64,000 nucleotides of DNA from a virus, in the IMG/VR virus record IMGVR_UViG_3300030104_002421, positions 1-64,000 of that record; one strand, given 5' to 3'. Positions 9,097 to 20,050 of the stretch are shown here, in pieces. Below the pieces are notes generated by a model that was not told where the DNA came from, did no database searches, and worked only from the letters and a program-made list of their open reading frames with translations. Within the stretch, counting starts at the first letter, position 1, and each line of letters starts with the position of its first letter. The position numbers and the translations under genes were made by a program.

Positions 9097-9118
9097 AAAG
9101 GTGTATAAATAGTAACAT

Positions 9119-9790
9119 ATGACATATCAAGCAGTAGGAATTGGAAGTTCAGCAAATGATGGAACAGGTGATACTTTAAGAGTAGGTATAGATAAAGTTA
9201 ATGATAACTTTGTTGAGATATACACGGCTCTAGGTGCAGGTTCAACTACAACATTAAAAGTACATACAGACGGCGCAAGTGCCGGTCAAGCGTTAGTATA
9301 TGACGCTGGCAATGCAAGATTTCAACCTGGTAGTGTTGCTATATCAGCAACAATATCTACATTAACATTTGAAGGTGCAACAGCAGACAGTTTTGAAACT
9401 GTATTAAATGTTACTGACCCTACAGCAGATAGAACAATAACTTTACCCAACGATAGTGGTACAGTAGTTATAGAAGGTGGTTCGCCATCTGGTACTGCTG
9501 CCGCTTCAGATGAGGCGTCAAGTTCTGGTAATGTTACCAGTAATGCAAGTAGAATAAGACATACTTTAACATTAGACGGTACAACTGCTGACAATGCTGA
9601 AATAGCAGATGTTACGGTAACCTCAAATAAGGTAACTGCTAATTCAGTTATTATAGCAACAAGTACAGCTGCTGTAGATATTATGGTTCATACTGTGGCG
9701 TCAGGTTCATTCAAGTATATAATAACAAACAAATCAGGCGGAACATTAGCGAATGATAGTACCGTGGTAACAAACTTTTTGGTGTTATAG
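9119..9790 (+). CDS. Baseplate/fibre connector with gp9/gp10-type N-terminus
   Basis: GIGSSANDGTGDTLRVGIDKVNDNFVEIY; one fibre module; TATAAATA at 9104-9111. Confidence 0.65.
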   Translation: MTYQAVGIGSSANDGTGDTLRVGIDKVNDNFVEIYTALGAGSTTTLKVHTDGASAGQALVYDAGNARFQPGSVAISATISTLTFEGATADSFETVLNVTDPTADRTITLPNDSGTVVIEGGSPSGTAAASDEASSSGNVTSNASRIRHTLTLDGTTADNAEIADVTVTSNKVTANSVIIATSTAAVDIMVHTVASGSFKYIITNKSGGTLANDSTVVTNFLVL

Positions 9791-9825
9791 GAAAATGATT
9801 ATAAATAGAAGTAAGGATTAAAAAA

Positions 9826-11214
9826 ATGCCAGCAATTATAACAAAAGATTTTAGAATACATAACGCTAGACAATTTGAAGAAAGTTTTAGTGAAAGCGCA
9901 GACACTTATTACCTGGCAATAGGTAGACCACAAGCATTCGCAAACGACCAAGCATTTAATGATGGAACAGACACTAGTCCACCAACACCGGTAGATAGTG
10001 TAGGTTCTGTAGATTATTATGTGTATGATGACTTGATGTCGGCGAAAAAAATAACAAGTTCAGATGTTTCACTAGCAATACCAAGAAAAAACTGGACAAC
10101 TGGTACAACTTACGACCATTATAGACATGATTATGGAGAAATAAACACAGCAGGTAATGCTATAACTGCTAATAGTGGTGCTTCAACATTGTTTGATAGT
10201 AACTTCTATGTAATGAATAGTACCTTTGATGTTTATAAATGTATTGACAATGATGGTAACACAGCGTCAACAACTGAGCCAACTGGTAACAAATCAACTA
10301 GTGTGTTCTCAACTGCTGATGGATACAAATGGAAATATATGTACACATTATCAAGTTCAGAACAGGCAAACTTTATGTCAACTGACTTTATACATGTATC
10401 AACTGAAAGTACAGATTACTCAACTACGGCAGGTGCAATAGAAAATGCTTTTGTTACAGCGGGTGGTTCAGGTGGAACAAACGGTACTTATACTGGTGTT
10501 GCAATTAGAGGTGATGGTTCAAGTGGTGAGTGTACTGTAGTCGTTTCTGGTAATGCAGTATCAAGTGTTACAATAACAACTGCTGGTTCTGGTTATACAT
10601 ATGCAAGTGTTTTAGCAGCAAATATAGGAAACACTTCTGGTGCAGATATAGATTTCATAATTTCACCTCCTGGTGGACACGGTTCAGACTGTATTGCTGA
10701 ATTAGGTGGATTTTTCGTAATGACAAATGTTGATTTTGCAACAAGTGAAAGTGGTGAGTTTAATACTTCAAATGATTTTAGAAGAATTGCATTGTTAAGA
10801 AACCCAACTGATAGTACAACAGGTTCAACAGCAACTGCTTCAACATTAGACGCAACAAAATCAATAACTTTTGCCTCTGGTGCAGGAACATTCCAAGCAG
10901 ATGAAAAAATTACTCAATCCACTTCTGGTGCAGTAGGTTATGTTGTTGATTATAATAGTTCAACGAGAGTGTTACGATATATACAACCACAGTTTGCTAA
11001 CCAAGGAGTAGATAGTAATAGTAATAACACGGCGTTTGCAGGAACAAATACAGTTACAGGCGCAACTTCTAGTGCAACAGGTACACCAACATCAATAGAT
11101 ACTACTCCAGAATTAACGGCAGATACAGGTGATATTCTGTATATTGAAAATAGAAAACCAATTAGCCGTGCTTCAGACCAAACGGAGAATGTAAAGTTAA
11201 TAGTAGAGTTTTAG
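9826..11214 (+). CDS. gp8: Baseplate wedge subunit gp8
   Basis: YLAIGRP, VYKCIDN, DGYKWKYMYT, NDFRRIALLRNP, GDILYIENR; TATAAATA at 9800-9807. Confidence 0.9.
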   Translation: MPAIITKDFRIHNARQFEESFSESADTYYLAIGRPQAFANDQAFNDGTDTSPPTPVDSVGSVDYYVYDDLMSAKKITSSDVSLAIPRKNWTTGTTYDHYRHDYGEINTAGNAITANSGASTLFDSNFYVMNSTFDVYKCIDNDGNTASTTEPTGNKSTSVFSTADGYKWKYMYTLSSSEQANFMSTDFIHVSTESTDYSTTAGAIENAFVTAGGSGGTNGTYTGVAIRGDGSSGECTVVVSGNAVSSVTITTAGSGYTYASVLAANIGNTSGADIDFIISPPGGHGSDCIAELGGFFVMTNVDFATSESGEFNTSNDFRRIALLRNPTDSTTGSTATASTLDATKSITFASGAGTFQADEKITQSTSGAVGYVVDYNSSTRVLRYIQPQFANQGVDSNSNNTAFAGTNTVTGATSSATGTPTSIDTTPELTADTGDILYIENRKPISRASDQTENVKLIVEF

Positions 11215-11223
11215 GAGAATTAA

Positions 11224-14200
11224 ATGGCAACAAATTTCAATGTCTCTCCTTATTATGATGACTTTGCAGAAAACAATAATTTTCATAGAGTTTTATTTAG
11301 ACCTGCTTATGCTGTTCAAGCAAGAGAGTTAACACAATTACAAACAATATTACAAAACCAAGTAGCAAGATTTGGCGAACATGTCTTCAAAGACGGTTCA
11401 ATGGTCATACCTGGTTCAGTAACTTACAATTCAAAGTATGATTATGTTAAGTTAGCAAGTCATACAACATCAACTGCTGCTAATCTAGTAGGTTTAACTG
11501 TAACAGGTTCATCTTCTGGTATTACGGCAACTGTTGTAAATTCAAGTGAAGCAAGTACAACCGCAGCTGCAACAATATATGTTACATATACTGCTTCTGG
11601 TACAGACACTACATCAAAAACATTTACAGAAGGAGAAACATTAACATTTACATATAATAGTATTTCTTCAAGTGCTGTTGTAGGTACTTCTGGTACTTCA
11701 TTACCAACAGATAGTAATGCTATGGGTTTTGGTAGTTCAGTTAATGTACAAGAAGGTGTATATTTTATTGATGGTTTCTTTGTTAAGAATACTGAACAGA
11801 CTTTAATACTTGACCCTTATTCAAACACTCCATCTTATAGAGTAGGATTTACAGTAACAGAAAGTTTTTTAACACCTGAAGATGATTCCACATTAACTGA
11901 TAATGCAACTGGTTCATCAAACATAAATGCTGCCGGTGCTCATAGATATAAAATTGTTTTAACACTTGCTAAACTTGTAACTACATCAACTAGTGATAGT
12001 AACTTTGTAGAATTAGTAAGAACAAATACAGGTAATATTGAGAACATTATTAAAAGAACAGAATATGGTGTATTAGAAGAAACACTAGCAAGAAGAACAG
12101 CAGATGAAAGTGGTGATTATGTTATTAAACCTTTTGATTTAGATGTAAGAGAACATCAAAATGACGGTAGTAATCGTGGTATATATTCTATAGATAGTGA
12201 AAGTTTATACAATGGTTTAAGTTCCGCTAATTCAGAAGCAAGATTGGCATTAGGTTTATCTCCAGGTAAGGCATATGTTAAAGGGTATGAAATAGATACA
12301 ACTGGACAAAAATTTCTTACAGTAGAAAAAGCAAGAGAGTTTGATACTATACAAAATAATACAACTAGATTAAATGTAGGTAGTTTTGTAGAGGTAACAA
12401 ATATACATGGTTCGCCAGATATTGGTACAGTATCAGGTGAAACAGAAGCATTTAAAGAATTACAATTATACAAAGATACAAATACAACTAGAGGTACAAA
12501 CCCAGCAACTGAAAATGTAGATGTAAAACAAATTGGTCGTGCAAAGGCAAGATACTTTGAATATAAATCAGGTACTGCTGGTGCGTTATCAACCAATTCA
12601 ACATCAATTTACAAATTAGGTTTATTTAACATTGATATGTTCCAACACTTGGCAGTAAGTACAAGTGTTTCATATGATACAGGCGAAACATTAACTGGTG
12701 CTACATCAGGTGCAACTGGTATCATTGAAGAAATATCTGCTAACACTTCCGCTGACCCAGACGCATTTATAACTGAGGATGGTGACGCTTTAGTTTTAGA
12801 TAGTACAGATGGTGCTTCTCAAACAGACGCTGGTGACCAAATTATATTAGAACAATCTATACTTACAACAATTGTCGTATCAAATGTTACTGGTACTTTC
12901 TCAGCAGGTGAAACTGTGGCAGATGAAAGTTCAAATAGTGGTGCTATTTTATCTGACTTATCAGATAGAAAAGGTGTTACTGAATATGAATTTGCAGAAA
13001 CAAAATCTATTGGTATGACAGGTTCGCCAAACTTTACTGCTGATACAGTTTTAACAGTTACAGCGGCAAATGAAGAAGATGAAAGTAACATAACAATTTC
13101 TGGTACAATAAACATTGTAGCAGGTGTAACAGTAGTAAATGGTAACAATACTAAATTTACAAGTGAATTAAAGATTGGTGATAACATTGTCTTTGAAGAT
13201 GATTCCGGTACACAATATAGTAGATTTGTTTCAAGTATTACAAATAACACATTAATGGAAGTAAGTGCATTTGTACCAACTACAACTACCTCTGCTTCTA
13301 CACAAAGAAGAAGAACAAAATTACAAGACATTGCTGATACTTCATTAGTTTATAAATTACCTGAAGGAGTTATTAAAACATTAAAGACAACTGACAATGC
13401 AGGTATAACAGATACAAGTCATAAAGTACGAAGACAATTCGTAGATACTTTATCTAGTTCTGGTGTTGCAACTTTCTCAGCAGGTGCAAACGAAACATTT
13501 GACGCTCATTCAGAAGCAGATTATACATTATCAATTATGACAGCAGGTACAACCTCTGGTGCTATAGGTGATATTGTTTCACTATCAGGTAACAACCATG
13601 AAGGTGACGCTATATTCACATTAACTGGTAGTCCAACAGGTAGACAAGTTCAAATTGACCTTGGTGCTAACTTTGCTACTGCTAAAGTTAAATTGATTGC
13701 AACAATAACTAGAAGTATTGCAGGTGAAAAAACTAAATCACTACAAACAGGTATAACTGTTACAGTAGATAGTCAAGCATTAGCGGAAGAAAAAACAATT
13801 AGTTTAGGTAAGGCAGATATTTATGCTTTGACAAGTGTTTATATGGCACCTGACTTTAGTACGGCTGCGACAACAAGTCATACAGAAATTACAGATAGAT
13901 TTTCACTTGATACAGGACAAAGAGATAGTTATTACGACATTGGTCGTATAGTAAGAAAAGATGGTACACAAAATCCAACTGGTAGATTGTTAATTACATT
14001 CCAACATTTCAATCACGGTACTGGTGATTATTTTAGTGTAGATAGTTATTCTGGTGTTGTAGATTATGAAGACATACCTTCTTTTGATAGTCCAACAAAA
14101 GGTAAAATACAATTAAGAGACGCTTTAGATTTTAGACCTAGAGTATCAGATAGTTCAAATGTAATTGGTTATGGTGGTGTAGATAGTATTGGTGCAAAAG

Positions 14201-17200
14201 ATTATATCAATGCAGGTGCTTCTACCGTTGATGTTCCAAAACCTAGTTCAGACGCAACAATAGATTTTGAATTTTATTTAAGTAGAATAGATGGTGTCTT
14301 TTTAACTAAAGAAGGTTTATTCAAACAAGCAAAAGGTACAGCGGCGATTGACCCTCAAAGACCTGAACCAATTGATGACGCTATGGCGTTATACTACATA
14401 AAATTACCACCTTATACTTTCAGTACAAGTGATGTAACAATTACAACTTTAGATAATAGAAGATACACAATGAGAGATATTGGTAAATTAGAACAAAGAT
14501 TAAAGAATGTAGAATACTATACTCAACTTTCATTGTTAGAACAAACAGCAATCAATACACAGGTACAAGACGCTACAACAGGATTAGATAGATTTAAAAA
14601 TGGTATTATTGTAGATAGTTTCAAAGGTCATAATATTGGTGATACTTTATCAGCTGAATATAAATGTTCAGTAGATATGAATGAAGGTGAATTAAGACCT
14701 GAATTTAGCGCTGATATTGTAAAACTTATTGAAGAAGGATCAACAGATACAGACGCTGAAAGAACAACCGCAGGATATAAACTAACTGGTGATTTGGTAA
14801 CATTACCATATGACCATGCAGAATTAGCAAAGAATCCATATGCTAGTAAATCAGTTAACTGTAATCCATTCTTGGTATTTCAATACAAAGGTGATATTGC
14901 ATTAACTCCAGATTTAGATGAGTGGTACGATACAACAAGAAAACCAGATGTATTAATTAATGATAATGCTTTATTTGATACAATGACTACCCTTGCAGGT
15001 GGTACAAATAGTTTAGGTACAGTTTGGAATAACTGGCAGACTAACTGGTCAGGTAACTGGTCACAAAGTGCTGGCTCAAGAAATGGTAATGTAGAAGCAA
15101 ATGCTACAATTTCTGGTTCTATTCAAACAAGAACAAGAACAGGTATTACAAGAGAGATTGCAGGTTCAAATGTACAAAGACAATCATTTGGTGATAGAAT
15201 TGTTGACATTGCATTTATACCTTTTATTCGTACACAGGATGTGGCATTTAGTGGTACAAGATTAAAACCAAACACAAAAGTTTACCCTTACTTTGACAAT
15301 GTATTAGTTACAAGTCATGTAACACCTACAAGTGGTGTAAAAGGTGGTAACTTGGTAACAGATAGTGTTGGTTCTGTTTCAGGTACATTTACAATACCTG
15401 CTTCATCTACAGAAAGATTTAGAACAGGTGATAGAGTATTCAGATTAACAAGTTCATCTACAAATAGTTCTACAGATAATGATGTTGATACTTTTGCTGA
15501 TGCTACATTTACTGCTCGTGGTTTACAAACAACTATGGAAGAAACAATACAATCTACAAGAGTTCCAATTATCAGAGCAAACACAGTATCAGAAACAGAT
15601 ACAAGAAGAACAGTAGATAACTTTAGTGTAAGTGCAGGTATCGTACCACCAGAAAACAATAGAGACCCATTAGCACAAACATTTAGTGTACAAGATTTAG
15701 AAGGTGTATTCATAACAAAAGTAGATGTATTCTTTGAAGAAAAAGATAGTACAATACCAATTAAAGTTTATTTAACAGAAACTATACAAAGTAGACCAGG
15801 TAGAAGAATAATTCCATTTAGTGAAGTTACGGTCGCTGCTGCTGATGTTAATACAAGTTCAACGGCTGCAACAGCAACAACGGTTACATTCCCAAGTCCT
15901 ATATATTTACAAGGTGGTAAAGAATATGCTATCGTATTAAAACCAGATAGTCAAAAATATAAAGCATGGGTAAGTAGATTAGGTGATACAGATGTTACCA
16001 CTTCAACAAGAAGAATAACTACACAACCTTTATTTGGTTCTTTATTCCGTTCACAAAATGCAAGTCTATGGACAGAAGACCAAATGGAAGATTTAAAAAT
16101 TACAATCTACAAAGCAAAATTTACAACTGGTACTACAGGTACTTTAACATTAACGAATGACGCTTTACCAGTTAAGACTTTAGATAATAATCCAATTGAA
16201 ACAAATGCTACTGCCGGTTCTGCTACAACATTTGGTGGCAACCCAGCGATAGTAAAAATTAATCACTTTGCTCACGGCATGAACAGTAGCAAACCTAGTA
16301 AGGTAACAATTGCAGGTCTTGCTGGTTCAACTGATTACAATGGTATTTTGGGAAGTGCAATAAATGGTACACATGATGTTGGTAATGTAACGGAAGATAG
16401 TTACACAATAACAATATCAGGTGACGCTGCCACTTCAACTGGTAGTGTGGGTGGTTCAAGTGTTACTGCTACGGAAGATAAAGCGTTTGAAAGTGTTATG
16501 CCTAAAATTGGTATGCAAAATTTCCCTGATACTACAAGTTTACATAGTATTAAAACAACAAGTACAAAATCTATTGATGGTTCAGAAACACCTTATTCAA
16601 CAAGTGCTTCTTATACAAATATTGTACCAAATGATAACTTCTACTTTACTACAGCAAGAGCAGTATTAAGTGGCGTTAACGAAACAAATCATTTATCAAG
16701 TGTTAAATCATTGTTCTATAAAATAACTTTAGATAGTACAAATGAAAATGTATCACCTGTTATTGATATGAAAAGAACAAATATGTATGCGATACACAAT
16801 AGAATAGATAGTCCAACTTCTAGTAATAGAACAGGATTTGTTGCAGAAACAGATAAATCTGGTGGTAGTGTTGCGTCTAAATATGTAACTAAAGAGGTAA
16901 CTTTAGAAACACCTGCTACAGCATTAGATGTTAGAATGGCAGCAAGTGTATTCCCAACTTCTTCTATAGAAGTGTTTAGAAAAGTAAAAGGTGCTGATGA
17001 TGATAGAGAAATGAAAGATATACCTTATGTACAAATAACACAAGCAAACACAGCAGTTTCAAGTGAAGGTCGTAGTCAATCACCTTACAACGAAAACTTT
17101 AAACAAGATTTCTTTGATTATGAGTTTAGTGAAACAGGAATAAAAGAATTTCAATCATTTAAAATTAAAATTGTTATGAAAGGAACTAACCCAGCATATC

Positions 17201-17244
17201 CACCAAGAATAACAGATATGAGAGGGATAGCATTGGCAATCTAA
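11224..17244 (+). CDS. Large virion structural protein, VrlC/DUF4815-like
   Basis: TNFNVSPYYDDF...VLFRPAYAVQARELTQLQTILQNQ; RRYTMRDIGKLEQR; DPLAQTF. Confidence 0.85.
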   Translation: MATNFNVSPYYDDFAENNNFHRVLFRPAYAVQARELTQLQTILQNQVARFGEHVFKDGSMVIPGSVTYNSKYDYVKLASHTTSTAANLVGLTVTGSSSGITATVVNSSEASTTAAATIYVTYTASGTDTTSKTFTEGETLTFTYNSISSSAVVGTSGTSLPTDSNAMGFGSSVNVQEGVYFIDGFFVKNTEQTLILDPYSNTPSYRVGFTVTESFLTPEDDSTLTDNATGSSNINAAGAHRYKIVLTLAKLVTTSTSDSNFVELVRTNTGNIENIIKRTEYGVLEETLARRTADESGDYVIKPFDLDVREHQNDGSNRGIYSIDSESLYNGLSSANSEARLALGLSPGKAYVKGYEIDTTGQKFLTVEKAREFDTIQNNTTRLNVGSFVEVTNIHGSPDIGTVSGETEAFKELQLYKDTNTTRGTNPATENVDVKQIGRAKARYFEYKSGTAGALSTNSTSIYKLGLFNIDMFQHLAVSTSVSYDTGETLTGATSGATGIIEEISANTSADPDAFITEDGDALVLDSTDGASQTDAGDQIILEQSILTTIVVSNVTGTFSAGETVADESSNSGAILSDLSDRKGVTEYEFAETKSIGMTGSPNFTADTVLTVTAANEEDESNITISGTINIVAGVTVVNGNNTKFTSELKIGDNIVFEDDSGTQYSRFVSSITNNTLMEVSAFVPTTTTSASTQRRRTKLQDIADTSLVYKLPEGVIKTLKTTDNAGITDTSHKVRRQFVDTLSSSGVATFSAGANETFDAHSEADYTLSIMTAGTTSGAIGDIVSLSGNNHEGDAIFTLTGSPTGRQVQIDLGANFATAKVKLIATITRSIAGEKTKSLQTGITVTVDSQALAEEKTISLGKADIYALTSVYMAPDFSTAATTSHTEITDRFSLDTGQRDSYYDIGRIVRKDGTQNPTGRLLITFQHFNHGTGDYFSVDSYSGVVDYEDIPSFDSPTKGKIQLRDALDFRPRVSDSSNVIGYGGVDSIGAKDYINAGASTVDVPKPSSDATIDFEFYLSRIDGVFLTKEGLFKQAKGTAAIDPQRPEPIDDAMALYYIKLPPYTFSTSDVTITTLDNRRYTMRDIGKLEQRLKNVEYYTQLSLLEQTAINTQVQDATTGLDRFKNGIIVDSFKGHNIGDTLSAEYKCSVDMNEGELRPEFSADIVKLIEEGSTDTDAERTTAGYKLTGDLVTLPYDHAELAKNPYASKSVNCNPFLVFQYKGDIALTPDLDEWYDTTRKPDVLINDNALFDTMTTLAGGTNSLGTVWNNWQTNWSGNWSQSAGSRNGNVEANATISGSIQTRTRTGITREIAGSNVQRQSFGDRIVDIAFIPFIRTQDVAFSGTRLKPNTKVYPYFDNVLVTSHVTPTSGVKGGNLVTDSVGSVSGTFTIPASSTERFRTGDRVFRLTSSSTNSSTDNDVDTFADATFTARGLQTTMEETIQSTRVPIIRANTVSETDTRRTVDNFSVSAGIVPPENNRDPLAQTFSVQDLEGVFITKVDVFFEEKDSTIPIKVYLTETIQSRPGRRIIPFSEVTVAAADVNTSSTAATATTVTFPSPIYLQGGKEYAIVLKPDSQKYKAWVSRLGDTDVTTSTRRITTQPLFGSLFRSQNASLWTEDQMEDLKITIYKAKFTTGTTGTLTLTNDALPVKTLDNNPIETNATAGSATTFGGNPAIVKINHFAHGMNSSKPSKVTIAGLAGSTDYNGILGSAINGTHDVGNVTEDSYTITISGDAATSTGSVGGSSVTATEDKAFESVMPKIGMQNFPDTTSLHSIKTTSTKSIDGSETPYSTSASYTNIVPNDNFYFTTARAVLSGVNETNHLSSVKSLFYKITLDSTNENVSPVIDMKRTNMYAIHNRIDSPTSSNRTGFVAETDKSGGSVASKYVTKEVTLETPATALDVRMAASVFPTSSIEVFRKVKGADDDREMKDIPYVQITQANTAVSSEGRSQSPYNENFKQDFFDYEFSETGIKEFQSFKIKIVMKGTNPAYPPRITDMRGIALAI

Positions 17245-17462
17245 TGAGTAAAATATTAGTAGAAGGACATAGAACATTAATAAGAGATACAAGTTCTTCA
17301 GCAATAGTAAATACTGATAGAAAAGCATATGATAATTTTATGAACAGAATAAAGGAAGCAAAAAAATCTAATGACGATTTAAGAAGTGCATTAAGAGACA
17401 TAAATAATATTAAGTCAGAAATGCACGAAATTAAAGACTTATTAATGAAATTGGTAAAATAA
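17244..17462 (+). CDS. Conserved small coiled-coil protein after VrlC-like gene
   Basis: VEGHRTLIRDTSSSAIVNTD...EIKDLL. Confidence 0.75.
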   Translation: MSKILVEGHRTLIRDTSSSAIVNTDRKAYDNFMNRIKEAKKSNDDLRSALRDINNIKSEMHEIKDLLMKLVK

Positions 17463-17463
17463 T

Positions 17464-19377
17464 ATGGCAGTAAGAAGCGTAGCAGCAACAGATACTTTAG
17501 AAACTTTTAGAACGACCTTTAACACCCAGGCGTCAAGTGATATTGGCGATATGGCAACATTGTCGTCCTCTATTAGTGCAACAAGTATAGTAGGTGCATT
17601 AAATGAGTTAGAAAGTGAAGTTACTGCTTTTGGTGTTAGTACAATTACAGGTGCAACTGATTTAGGTGGTGCGCCGGCAACAGGTGATAGTATAGTTATC
17701 AATGACACATCAGCAAGTGCATTGAGAGAAATGACTATTGCAAACTTATTTACAAGTCCTACAATTACTACACCAATTATTACAGAAATAGATAGTGGTT
17801 CTACAATTACACTAGACGCTACAACTGATATTACATTAGACGCAGGTGGCGGAGATGTATTCTTAAAAGATGATGGTACTACTTTTGGTAGTTTAACAGC
17901 AACTGGTTCTAATTTAATTATTAAATCTGGTACAACAACTGCTATGACTTTTAGTGGTGCAAATGTAACCATTGCAGGAAACTTAACTGTATCTGGTAGT
18001 ACAACTACGGTAGATTCCTCAACTGTTAATATAACTACTGGTTTTGTATTTGAAGGTTCTACTGCTGATAGTTTCGAAACAACTTTAGCGGCAACTGACC
18101 CAACTGCTGATAGAACAATAACTTTACCTGACTTAACTGGTACTGTTTCATTAATCACAGCAACTGAAACACTTACAAATAAAACATTAACAAGTCCAAC
18201 AATCAATAGTCCAACTATTGCAACACCAATATTTACAGGTGCAGGTGATATGCGAGGTAGTTTAGTATTTGAAGGTGCAACAGCAGACAGTTTTGAAACT
18301 ACATTAACAGTAGTAGACCCAACAGCAGATAGAACAATATCACTACCTAACGCAACAGACACATTGGTAGGTAAAGATACTACAGACACATTGACAAACA
18401 AGACTTTAACAAGTCCTGCTATCAATAGTCCTACAATTATTTACGAAGGTTCAACAGCAGATAGTTTTGAAACAACTATAGGTGTTGTAGACCCAACTGC
18501 TGATAGAACAATTAACTTTGCTAATGTAGGTGGTACTTTACAACCATTTACTACTGCTTCAACTACGGCGATTTCAACAACTGTAGATGAAATAAATTTG
18601 ATTGATGGTGGTACTGCAAGAGGTACAGACGCTGTTGCTTCAGGTGATGGTTTATTAGTTAATGATGGCGGCACAATGAAAATGACAAATGTTGATACAG
18701 TATCAACTTACTTTGCAAGTCATAGTGTTGGTGGTGGTAACATAGTTACAACTGGTGCATTAAATAGTGGTTCAATCACTTCAGGTTTTGGTAATATAGA
18801 CAACGGTTCATCTACATTAGATACTGGTGCTATAACAACAACTGGTATTACAAATACTGGTTCAATAGTATTTGAAGGTTCTACAGCAGATAGTTTTGAA
18901 ACAACTTTCTCTGGTGGTAACCCAAGTGCTGATATTACAATTACTTTACCTACACAAGCAGGTACAGTAGTCGTTTCAAATACAACTGATGGTAATGATG
19001 TACAGTTAGATAGTTTAGGACTAAATACTGCTGCTTCAGGTACTGCTGGTGAGTTAAGAGCGACAAATGATATTACTGCCTTCTATAGTTCAGATATTTC
19101 TTTGAAAGAAAACATTATAGAAATACCAAGTGCATTAGATATGGTAGATAAAATCAGAGGTGTATTCTTTGATTGGAAAGATGACTATATAGATAGTAAA
19201 GGTGGTGAAGACGGATACTTTATGAGAAAGAAAGATGTAGGTCTTATTGCTCAGGAAGTAGAAGCAGTTTTACCAGAGGTTGTAGGTACTAGAAAAGATG
19301 GTATCAAGGCAATTAAATATGATAGACTTGTTCCTTTATTGTTACAGGCTATCAAAGAATTAAAAGAAAAAATATAA
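17464..19377 (+). CDS. Tail fibre with C-terminal Peptidase S74 chaperone
   Basis: Thr/Gly-rich modules; YSSDISLKENI...GLIAQEVEAVLPEVV...YDRLVPLLLQAIKEL. Confidence 0.85.
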   Translation: MAVRSVAATDTLETFRTTFNTQASSDIGDMATLSSSISATSIVGALNELESEVTAFGVSTITGATDLGGAPATGDSIVINDTSASALREMTIANLFTSPTITTPIITEIDSGSTITLDATTDITLDAGGGDVFLKDDGTTFGSLTATGSNLIIKSGTTTAMTFSGANVTIAGNLTVSGSTTTVDSSTVNITTGFVFEGSTADSFETTLAATDPTADRTITLPDLTGTVSLITATETLTNKTLTSPTINSPTIATPIFTGAGDMRGSLVFEGATADSFETTLTVVDPTADRTISLPNATDTLVGKDTTDTLTNKTLTSPAINSPTIIYEGSTADSFETTIGVVDPTADRTINFANVGGTLQPFTTASTTAISTTVDEINLIDGGTARGTDAVASGDGLLVNDGGTMKMTNVDTVSTYFASHSVGGGNIVTTGALNSGSITSGFGNIDNGSSTLDTGAITTTGITNTGSIVFEGSTADSFETTFSGGNPSADITITLPTQAGTVVVSNTTDGNDVQLDSLGLNTAASGTAGELRATNDITAFYSSDISLKENIIEIPSALDMVDKIRGVFFDWKDDYIDSKGGEDGYFMRKKDVGLIAQEVEAVLPEVVGTRKDGIKAIKYDRLVPLLLQAIKELKEKI

Positions 19378-19394
19378 TTATTAAGGAGTAAATT

Positions 19395-19649
19395 ATGGCT
19401 GAAAAAGCAAAAGTAGAAGAAGTGAAAAACATTGATTTAGATATGGAAAAATTAACCTTAAAAGGTAAGGTCCACGCTGAACAATACAATGCTATGAAAG
19501 TGGCAAAATTAAATCATCAAGTAGAAATTGAAAAGATTGATGTATTGATGAATTATTACACAGGCACAATTCAAGCAGAAGCAAAAAAGTGGGCGGCAGA
19601 AAATCCAGAAACATCAAAAGATACTAAAGATACTAAAGAAGATAAGTAA
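19395..19649 (+). CDS. Hypothetical protein
   Basis: AAGGAG SD; 84-aa helical ORF. Confidence 0.7.
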   Translation: MAEKAKVEEVKNIDLDMEKLTLKGKVHAEQYNAMKVAKLNHQVEIEKIDVLMNYYTGTIQAEAKKWAAENPETSKDTKDTKEDK

Positions 19650-19684
19650 ACTTTCCTTATAAATAGTGTAATAGGAGAGATTAC

Positions 19685-20023
19685 ATGGCAGCGATAGCGA
19701 ATTTACTTATTGACCAAGGTGCAAGTTTTTCAAGTACAGTAACGGTTTATAATTCAGACGATACAGTTTTTGATTTAACTGATTATACAGGAGCAGCACA
19801 GGTCCGTAAATCTTATTCATCAAGTTCAGCTTCAGCGACATTTACAATTTCGTTCAGTTCAGACAGGACTCTAGGTCAGATAACACTTTCACTAACACCA
19901 ACACAAACGGCGGAGTTAGAAGAAGGTCGTTATGTATATGATATAGAGGTAACTTCGTCAGATAGCACGGTAACAAGAGTATTACAAGGTACAGTAACGG
20001 TGAGTCCAAATGCGACAAGATAA
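19685..20023 (+). CDS. Conserved virion protein, probable fibre attachment adaptor
   Basis: NLLIDQGASF...DLTDYTGAAQVRKSY...GRYVYDI...RVLQGTVTVSP; TATAAATA at 19658-19665. Confidence 0.75.
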   Translation: MAAIANLLIDQGASFSSTVTVYNSDDTVFDLTDYTGAAQVRKSYSSSSASATFTISFSSDRTLGQITLSLTPTQTAELEEGRYVYDIEVTSSDSTVTRVLQGTVTVSPNATR

Positions 20024-20050
20024 TATATTATGGTATAAACTAGGGGAATT